Source: an uncultured virus (IMG/VR IMGVR_UViG_3300022885_000008) (taxonomy: Duplodnaviria; Heunggongvirae; Uroviricota; Caudoviricetes). From it: a stretch of DNA of 20,000 nucleotides. This document shows, one piece after another, positions 1-6,274 of the stretch (position 1 is the stretch's first letter; every line of letters starts with the position of its first letter). The stretch is from IMG/VR virus record IMGVR_UViG_3300022885_000008; one strand, 5' to 3'. The position numbers were made by a program, and so were the translations under genes. A model generated the notes under the pieces. The model was not told the origin of the DNA, ran no database searches, and saw nothing but the letters and a program-made list of their open reading frames with translations.

Positions 1-650
1 AACATCACACCAAGTTTTTCACGTAATTGATTTGTAAAAACCAAACATACGCGCTGGCGGCCGATAAGTTGAGTAATCTTCCGCATAGCCTTTGAAATAA
101 CAATTGCTTTTCCGGTTGACCACCCATCTTTATTATAATCGGCGTCTTGTTCTAATTTAGTTGTGGCCGCTGCCACCGAATCAACTACTATAGTTACAAG
201 TTTATCTTTATCAGATTCTCTAACTTTCAAAATAATATTTTCAATTATTTCGAATATATCTTCTATAGTTTCGGTTTGAATATATAGTAGCTTTTCTAAA
301 TCAATTCCAATTGCTGTAAGGAATTCTTCATGTATTGCGTTTTCGGTATCAATGAAAACAGCAATACCATCCTTTTTCTGTGTATTAGCCAAAACATGTG
401 CAGCTACTAGAGATTTTCCAGATGCTTCCATGCCTGTTATTTCGGTAATCCTGCCAACGGGAATACCACCGTGCTTTCGATTTGATATAGCAAAATCGAG
501 CATCGATGATCCGGTTGAAATCCATTCCGTTAAATCGGTAGGGGTTTCTTCCGAACCATCCAAAAAATAAGCGGTCTTATGGTCCTTAAATTTTTTGTTT
601 ATGCTGTCAGCTATAACTTTACTTAAGTTATCCTTGTTCATCGGAGTCAT
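1..650 (-). CDS. recA: RecA/UvsX-family recombinase, 3' part runs off the window start
   Basis: Not in the ORF track; translated by hand from ATG 650 (alternative ATG 641): MTPMNKDNLSKVIADSINKKFK...WISTGSSMLDFAISNRKHGGIPVGRITEITGMEASGKSLVAAHVLANTQKKDGIAVFIDTENA...VTIVVDSVAA...KAMRKITQLIGRQRVCLVFTNQLREKLGVM. It has Walker A (GMEASGKS), FIDTE, Walker B (IVVDSVAA) and the FTNQLR MAW-downstream RecA signature. Confidence 0.96.
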   Translation of the reverse strand, partial: MTPMNKDNLSKVIADSINKKFKDHKTAYFLDGSEETPTDLTEWISTGSSMLDFAISNRKHGGIPVGRITEITGMEASGKSLVAAHVLANTQKKDGIAVFIDTENAIHEEFLTAIGIDLEKLLYIQTETIEDIFEIIENIILKVRESDKDKLVTIVVDSVAAATTKLEQDADYNKDGWSTGKAIVISKAMRKITQLIGRQRVCLVFTNQLREKLGVM

Positions 651-816
651 TCCAATTTGTAAGTATATGTCTAATATTAGTTAGGATATATTCTGTAATC
701 TTCTGAATATTTCCGTTGAATACACCAAGCTTTACCAACTCAGCAGCAAGGCTGCTGAGTGGTTTTTCGATTTTAGCGTGTATTTCCTGTTTACCATCTG
801 TATCAATTATTGGCAT
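628..816 (-). CDS. Small hypothetical protein (62 aa), possibly ribbon-helix-helix-like
   Basis: Fills the gap between ssb and recA. ATG 816 lies 7 nt after the ssb stop and is more plausible than the track start at 864, which is inside ssb. Its stop overlaps the recA start region. Confidence 0.5.
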   Translation of the reverse strand: MPIIDTDGKQEIHAKIEKPLSSLAAELVKLGVFNGNIQKITEYILTNIRHILTNWNDSDEQG

Positions 817-823
817 AGTATGA

Positions 824-1603
824 TTACTTTTCGTCCGAATTAAATAATTTGTCAAACGCATCACCTGCGTTATCAGTGGAATTCGCGCTTGTAGTAGAAA
901 GGCTGTTAGCGGTTGTATCCGTATCAGTACCAGATTCTACTTCGTCGCCAGCTTCACCAGCGAACTTTTCCAGCGCTCCCTTCAAGTCATCGTAACTTAC
1001 TTTTTCAAACACATCATAAAAATCAGTTTGGTCATTGATGATTTTCTTTGCGATATCCTTGTCTTCCGTTGCAGGAAGAGCATTCGGCTTAATAAGAAGT
1101 GTGGTACTTGGGAAGTTGTTAGCATCCCCAGCTGTATACTTCACTACGATATCGCGGCCTGATTTCAAGTCTGTGATATCACCATAGTCCGGGTCAGCCA
1201 TGTATGTAAGAAGTTCTTCGTACACTTTTTTACCGAATCCCCATAGTTTAACACCTTCACTTTCCTTTCCACGGACAATGACAGGTGCATACACACGCAT
1301 CTTAGGATCCAATTTCCGTCCTTCTTTCCAATCATCTTTGTTGCCGGTGGACTTTAGTGCTTCGGCAAATTCAACAATAGGATCAGGTTCTCCGTATGTG
1401 GAAGGTGAAAGATAAGTTTTTCCTGCAAATCCATAATGGAAATAAGCTTCAATGAATGGGAAATCCTTATTGAATTGATATGGTACAATTCTAATTCGGT
1501 TATCACCACCGGCATCTGGCTTCCAGGTATAATTTGATTTCTTGGTTGTTGTTTTCTGTAGGTTTGATAACCTGTTTTTGATTTGATCTAAATTTAAAGA
1601 CAT
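824..1603 (-). CDS. gp32: T4 gp32-like single-stranded DNA-binding protein
   Basis: Motifs WKP...RIRIVPY, PFIEAYFHY, YLSPSTYGEPDPI, GVKLWGFGKKVYEEL and DYGDITDLKSGRDI, plus an acidic C-terminal tail ending DAFDKLFNSDEK. Lies next to recA. Confidence 0.9.
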   Translation of the reverse strand: MSLNLDQIKNRLSNLQKTTTKKSNYTWKPDAGGDNRIRIVPYQFNKDFPFIEAYFHYGFAGKTYLSPSTYGEPDPIVEFAEALKSTGNKDDWKEGRKLDPKMRVYAPVIVRGKESEGVKLWGFGKKVYEELLTYMADPDYGDITDLKSGRDIVVKYTAGDANNFPSTTLLIKPNALPATEDKDIAKKIINDQTDFYDVFEKVSYDDLKGALEKFAGEAGDEVESGTDTDTTANSLSTTSANSTDNAGDAFDKLFNSDEK

Positions 1604-1655
1604 AATGTTCTCTGTTTGGTTTTTGTTTGTTTAATTTGTTCCCAACGTCATTGTA

Positions 1656-1687
1656 CTAATATAGTACTTTCTTTTTGATTTACCAAA
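1656..1687 (-). promoter_or_regulatory. Bacteroidota-type sigma70-like promoter (-33/-7) proximal to ssb
   Basis: Minus strand reads TTTG-N20-TATATTAG; the Bacteroides consensus is TTTG-N19-21-TAnnTTTG. The same architecture recurs at 1751-1782 and 5756-5787. Confidence 0.6.
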
Positions 1688-1750
1688 TTTTTATCTGAAT
1701 TCTTTTGAAATTCTTTATTATCTGGTAGTTCCTCCTTCTTTATTATATTG

Positions 1751-1782
1751 TAAATATACACATAAACATTCGAAAATACAAG
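1751..1782 (-). promoter_or_regulatory. Second Bacteroidota-type promoter upstream of ssb
   Basis: Minus strand reads (G)CTTG-N20-TATATTTA(CAA), in intergenic DNA. Confidence 0.6.
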
Positions 1783-1806
1783 CGGCCAATGTTAACAAAT
1801 AGTTAA

Positions 1807-2151
1807 CTATACCTTCCATAGTATTTGAATACCCAATATAGTAACAGCTAATAGAACTGAAACCAGTGTTTTAAAGTTTATAGATTCGCCCATGAAATAG
1901 TAAGTTAAAAAAGCGAATATAATTATACCAATACCGAACCCTATGAATCTGCCAGGCCATATGACGCCATCGAAATAAGCGTAGGTATGTTTGGTACCCA
2001 TTATCATAATGTATGTGACAAGTACCGAACCTAAACTAACAAGTAGAGGATTCTTTTCAATTACTGGATAAATAAATTGACCATTAATTTGAAACCACAA
2101 TATAGACTGACTTATAAAGAATAGAATAATTGCGTATACTAAGTGAATCAT
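1807..2151 (-). CDS. Small integral membrane protein with about 4 TM helices (SMR/DMT-like topology)
   Basis: 114 aa with four hydrophobic segments. The C-terminal pattern YYFMGESINFKTLVSVLLAV resembles the DMT/EamA 'xxGEx...' hairpin. ATGA overlap with the upstream gene. Confidence 0.65.
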   Translation of the reverse strand: MIHLVYAIILFFISQSILWFQINGQFIYPVIEKNPLLVSLGSVLVTYIMIMGTKHTYAYFDGVIWPGRFIGFGIGIIIFAFLTYYFMGESINFKTLVSVLLAVTILGIQILWKV

Positions 2152-2543
2152 TGAGTTATATCTATTACGTCATATAGTTCAGTACAAATATCAATCAATT
2201 CAAAGTTTCTAACTATCAATAACATATTTCTAAAGTCCGGCCAATAGATAGAATATTGTTTATCCAGTATTCCATTATTTAGTTCCATTATCAATTTATT
2301 TAGTGCATTTATAGTGTATAGCGTACTTGTTTCTTTTTTTCTATGAACCGATATTGTATCGGGGAGCATAGTGTACTTTGATTTATACGATACATTATAC
2401 GTACACATCAATTCATCGTAATTATCGGCATTTTCCAATACAAATATTTTACTAAATGGTATATCGTGTGATTCTATAATAGAACTTATGTTATGGTCCA
2501 GTGTGGATGGACTAGAAAAGGTACATAGTAGTTGTGTTTTCAC
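2148..2543 (-). CDS. Hypothetical phage protein (131 aa)
   Basis: GTG start with GGAG 7 nt upstream; translationally coupled to the downstream gene; no recognisable catalytic motif. Confidence 0.75.
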   Translation of the reverse strand: MKTQLLCTFSSPSTLDHNISSIIESHDIPFSKIFVLENADNYDELMCTYNVSYKSKYTMLPDTISVHRKKETSTLYTINALNKLIMELNNGILDKQYSIYWPDFRNMLLIVRNFELIDICTELYDVIDITQ

Positions 2544-2556
2544 GCATATTCTCCAA

Positions 2557-4719
2557 TTATGATTTTGACTTAAAACAATTTTGCATAGCGGTACTGTATG
2601 TCAATGTATTGTTTGTTTTGCCGGTTGCACCAGCCTTCGACCTGTAACTTTTCTTACCTATATCTATTGTATTACCATCCGAATCTATAGCGTATACAAA
2701 CACTGTTTTGCCTGTTATATTACCTTCGGAATCTTTACTGAATTCATCAGTTTCACTTAATCTAAATTTCTGCTTAAATTCGTCAGTACTACCTACGCCA
2801 ATACATTGACGTAGTATATCACCATTTACTTCTACCCCACCCATATTAATATCAAGGGCCTCACCAGCTATAGTACTTGAATCACCGGGAACATAGTTCT
2901 TTGTCGGATAATCCATTAAATCCAAATGAAATCCTCTAATACTTTCTTCTGCTTCCATTAACACTCCGACTTGGATTAGTTTATTCCCTACCTTTACCAT
3001 AGTTTTATTTAATTCATTGACACGTTTACGCTGTAATGAAACCACACGTTTGCGTTGAACAGACAAATTTGATTTTACATCAATACCACCTGTATCTGGA
3101 TGTAATGCTTGATACGCGAGGCCGATCTTGTTTATAACTTTAACATCCAAAGCCTTGCCATTACCCCCTGCAACCAATGACTGAATCATTCTGTATTTAT
3201 CTTGTATCGAAAGCTGCTTAGCGCTTTTTCCAGAGGGTGCCAATAACTTATATTGATCTTTTATACCGGTTTTACCTATTATAGCCGCATCAATATTCTT
3301 TTTAATTGTCCCTTTATCGTTTTTTATAATACCCAATTGGACAGTTAATGGTAATTCTATCAATCTAGCAGCCATCGGAGTCGCCTGCTTGGTATAATTA
3401 GCTTCTATTTTAGATATCTTATTTGAATACGAAGTAACAATTGATTTCAATTTTTGCTTAACTGCCTTATTAGTTTTGATTTCACTTATATAATCTTTAT
3501 AGTTTTCGCCTTCTTGGTTCAAGGTAGAATTATCCTGTATGTCACCTGTGGTAGTCTTATCTGAATGAAATTGAACTAATAGATTATTATTTTTATCCAT
3601 AGCGAACGTAGCAGTATCAGACGGGTTCGTTCCGCTTCCACCTGCATTTATAAATTCAACTATATCTTCCTTATCCACCTTAGTTCCATTGGGTAATATA
3701 ACGGTGTTAGCGTCAGCAACAGCCTTTACCTGAGATTCAATTGATTCAGATGAACCATAGTAAGTTTTTACTGTATCTATGGTACCAAAAAGTCCCTTGG
3801 ATCGTAACGATTTAGCTCTATTAACAGTGTTATTAAACTTTACTTTCGCAGAACGACTTGCTACAATGCATTTACTATACAGATTAGGGTTATCTATATT
3901 ATTTGGTATTTCACTTTTTTTAATGCCCGAAGTAGCCTTCTGTTCCTTACCAAGTTCACTATCCTTATAAGTGTCGTACATAGTTTGTGCCAAATCTTCG
4001 GTAGTCATTTCGTCATTATTCATTAATAAATGGACACCTTCACCAGACGCTATTTCATTAAACGCGCTTCCTGGTCCTCCAGGGGCCGGCTTTTTACCTG
4101 TATTCTTTTCGTAATTAGCAATTCCATATTCAATTACATCTCGTTTTACATCAAAGTCATCTTCACCCGAAGTACCATGAACCTTAGTAGGTTCTTTGTC
4201 ATCTTGCTTATCAGACGATTGTTCATCAGCGTCTGATCCGGGCTCAGGTGTAGTTAGTGTTTTCACAATTGCGGCTTTCCGTTCTTCACCCTCTTCCTTT
4301 TCCCTTTTTAGTCTATCGATATCCGATTCAGATCCATCATCCGTTTCTGCATCTGTATCATTGGTTGATGAACTACCACTTGGTGCCGTCTTTGTTGGTT
4401 TCTTTTCAGTATCATCTTCACCTGTTAGCTTATTGTATGCTATTTTTGCCGGATGTGCATCCGCTCTAGTTCTTGCAGACTTAGCTTTCATTTCAGTACT
4501 GGCACCATCTTTGTCCACGTACTTTATCATTTCGTCATCTCCCACAGTACGTTCGGTGAGATGTAATATATATTCGTCAATGGCGCTTTGTGGCCACCCG
4601 TTCTGAATTAGAACTTCTCGAAACAATATTATATGAGAGTTGTTTTTTGGATCAACAACTCCATCATTTACTCTGTATTCCCAGTCGCGAATCAGTCTAT
4701 GGATATTAGTGTTTATCAT
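2557..4719 (-). CDS. Large hypothetical protein (720 aa): small N-terminal domain, acidic low-complexity linker, possible PD-(D/E)xK-like nuclease domain
   Basis: Long uninterrupted ORF starting 1 nt after the polA stop. Contains the motifs FNEIASGE and NPSDTATF...LLVQFHSDK. The function is inference only. Confidence 0.8.
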   Translation of the reverse strand: MINTNIHRLIRDWEYRVNDGVVDPKNNSHIILFREVLIQNGWPQSAIDEYILHLTERTVGDDEMIKYVDKDGASTEMKAKSARTRADAHPAKIAYNKLTGEDDTEKKPTKTAPSGSSSTNDTDAETDDGSESDIDRLKREKEEGEERKAAIVKTLTTPEPGSDADEQSSDKQDDKEPTKVHGTSGEDDFDVKRDVIEYGIANYEKNTGKKPAPGGPGSAFNEIASGEGVHLLMNNDEMTTEDLAQTMYDTYKDSELGKEQKATSGIKKSEIPNNIDNPNLYSKCIVASRSAKVKFNNTVNRAKSLRSKGLFGTIDTVKTYYGSSESIESQVKAVADANTVILPNGTKVDKEDIVEFINAGGSGTNPSDTATFAMDKNNNLLVQFHSDKTTTGDIQDNSTLNQEGENYKDYISEIKTNKAVKQKLKSIVTSYSNKISKIEANYTKQATPMAARLIELPLTVQLGIIKNDKGTIKKNIDAAIIGKTGIKDQYKLLAPSGKSAKQLSIQDKYRMIQSLVAGGNGKALDVKVINKIGLAYQALHPDTGGIDVKSNLSVQRKRVVSLQRKRVNELNKTMVKVGNKLIQVGVLMEAEESIRGFHLDLMDYPTKNYVPGDSSTIAGEALDINMGGVEVNGDILRQCIGVGSTDEFKQKFRLSETDEFSKDSEGNITGKTVFVYAIDSDGNTIDIGKKSYRSKAGATGKTNNTLTYSTAMQNCFKSKS

Positions 4720-4720
4720 T

Positions 4721-5749
4721 TCAATTGTCTGCCTTCATATAGCCATAATGATTTCCTACACTACATCGCGATGGGAATTGCAATTTTGACTTAATAAGTT
4801 CTTTGATATAAATATCAGTCTTTTTCGTATCAAAGAGAAATGAATCATACGTATACAATACTAATTTGGATTCTAACGGAGATAATATATCAAATAATTC
4901 AGTCAAAATCAACACATTCATTTCGGTTTCATATGCCTGGATGAGATAGTTGAATAGTTTTCGTGGATTCATGTCATCAAAATTATCACCACTTAATCTA
5001 CGTTCTGCAATCGGTGTTTCAATATACCCGTTCGATATGTACGATACCCATAGACGTTCAATATATTCATCGATTAACTTAAAAAAGGTTACGTTACTAT
5101 ATTCATCGGCAATTCCACCATATAACATTGTAAATGATATTGATTTGGATTGCTTATATTCATCATCAGTTATATCGTCCTTATCATAGTATAACTTAGC
5201 CATGTGTGTATGAAAACTATCATCGGGTGCATCATATTCAATAAGAGTGGATATCAAACGTAAGTGATATGCATCGTAATCAAATTCAATAAGCTTTCCA
5301 CCTTCAAACCTGGATTTAAATCTAGTTCGTGACCCATCATCTTTATTTAAAGCGGCGTAATTTACCCCTCCGTTGGAATTGGATGGGCGGCCGGTTTTTG
5401 TATATATGTTATAATGAGTATGCTCATATCCATCTGGAGTATATAATCCAGAGTCTTCTATCTTTCTAAAATATGGAATTAACTTATTTTTGTAAAATAA
5501 CCACGGCGTTGAAGTAGTAAGATTGTCATCAGCTATGGTAGAATAATAGCTCTGTAGTAGTGTGAGACGCTCCCTGTGCTTACATAAAGGTATAATCATG
5601 TCTACATCGGTTCGCTTCCAATACAACCGTTTGTAGAACGAATGAGCATCGGTTTCAATAGTATCAACGTCAAAGGCACTATTATATTTCAGATAATGAG
5701 TTAACTGTATATCGTCACATATAGATCGTATTTCGCTGATGACTCCCAT
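4721..5749 (-). CDS. polA: Short family A DNA polymerase-like protein (342 aa)
   Basis: TKTGRPSN (TGRLSS-like), motif A LIEFDYDAYHLRLI, motif B YKQSKSISFTMLYGG, FNYLIQAYETE (NxxIQGxAAD-like), and motif C LVLYTYDSFLFD. Confidence 0.85.
   Translation of the reverse strand: MGVISEIRSICDDIQLTHYLKYNSAFDVDTIETDAHSFYKRLYWKRTDVDMIIPLCKHRERLTLLQSYYSTIADDNLTTSTPWLFYKNKLIPYFRKIEDSGLYTPDGYEHTHYNIYTKTGRPSNSNGGVNYAALNKDDGSRTRFKSRFEGGKLIEFDYDAYHLRLISTLIEYDAPDDSFHTHMAKLYYDKDDITDDEYKQSKSISFTMLYGGIADEYSNVTFFKLIDEYIERLWVSYISNGYIETPIAERRLSGDNFDDMNPRKLFNYLIQAYETEMNVLILTELFDILSPLESKLVLYTYDSFLFDTKKTDIYIKELIKSKLQFPSRCSVGNHYGYMKADN
4807..4816 (-). promoter_or_regulatory. Putative late-type promoter motif inside the 3' end of polA, upstream of the 720-aa gene
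   Basis: Minus strand GATATTTATA. Positions 4801-4817 are identical over 17 nt (ctttgatataaatatca) to 13405-13421, which is intergenic. Confidence 0.45.
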
Positions 5750-5755
5750 GGTTTG

Positions 5756-5787
5756 TAAATATAGGCATATTAATCGGTTAAACCAAG
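5756..5787 (-). promoter_or_regulatory. Bacteroidota-type promoter for polA
   Basis: Minus strand (G)CTTG-N20-TATATTTA(CAA), ending 6 nt before the polA ATG, in the only gap between the tail module and polA. Confidence 0.62.
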
Positions 5788-5800
5788 CGCTTTATGAAAA

Positions 5801-6274
5801 TTATCGTCTTGGGATTCGACCTGGCGCCAATGATTCACCACCTATACGACCTATACGTACATCTACATCAGATGCATTAAATTGTAATGGATTATTCAAA
5901 TGTAGCTTAAGACCAGGTAGCTGTACATTAAGTCTATGTATTTCAGATATATTTCTATCCTTTGCTGACGTAGTTCCAATCGTATACGGTGCAACCAAAT
6001 TAGATGTATCAGATAAAAACCACTTTAACGTACCTCGAAAATATAACCCCTTTGATAACTTACTGAATTTAGTGTTGTAAAATTTCTTACTAACTTCAAT
6101 CGGATTCGAATCATATCTTTTAACAAAATATCGATCCATTTGACCATTGGTATAATCTGTATCAGATGGTATTGGATAATATGAAATTACTTCTGAAAGG
6201 TATTGAGATCCAGCAAGTATTTTATCTTTATTTTTAGTAAAGAACATTTTTAATTCTCTGTCGGTGATAATCAT
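5801..6274 (-). CDS. Hypothetical protein at the distal end of the tail/baseplate operon (157 aa)
   Basis: ATGA overlap with the 802-aa gene; same strand as its neighbours; function not recognised. Confidence 0.7.
   Translation of the reverse strand: MIITDRELKMFFTKNKDKILAGSQYLSEVISYYPIPSDTDYTNGQMDRYFVKRYDSNPIEVSKKFYNTKFSKLSKGLYFRGTLKWFLSDTSNLVAPYTIGTTSAKDRNISEIHRLNVQLPGLKLHLNNPLQFNASDVDVRIGRIGGESLAPGRIPRR

Noticed and set aside
817..864. Track start at 864 for the small ORF
   Set aside because: It overlaps the acidic tail of ssb by about 40 nt; ATG 816 just after the ssb stop is more plausible.
1648..1761. 37-codon minus-strand frame (GTG...KKEELPDNKEFQKNSDKNLVNQKESTILVQ*) containing an AAGGAGG
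   Set aside because: Its start lies inside a promoter spacer, the AAGGAGG is not followed by a start codon, and the frame overlaps two promoter motifs. Evidence is insufficient for a gene or sRNA.
1791..1807. GTTAAC-N5-GTTAAC inverted repeat after the membrane-protein gene
   Set aside because: It is AT-rich and weak with no U-tract, so it cannot be called a terminator or operator.
4721..5749. DpoZ-type (2-aminoadenine) polymerase or other modified-base system
   Set aside because: No purZ, datZ or mazZ-like gene is in the window and nothing in the sequence specifically supports it.
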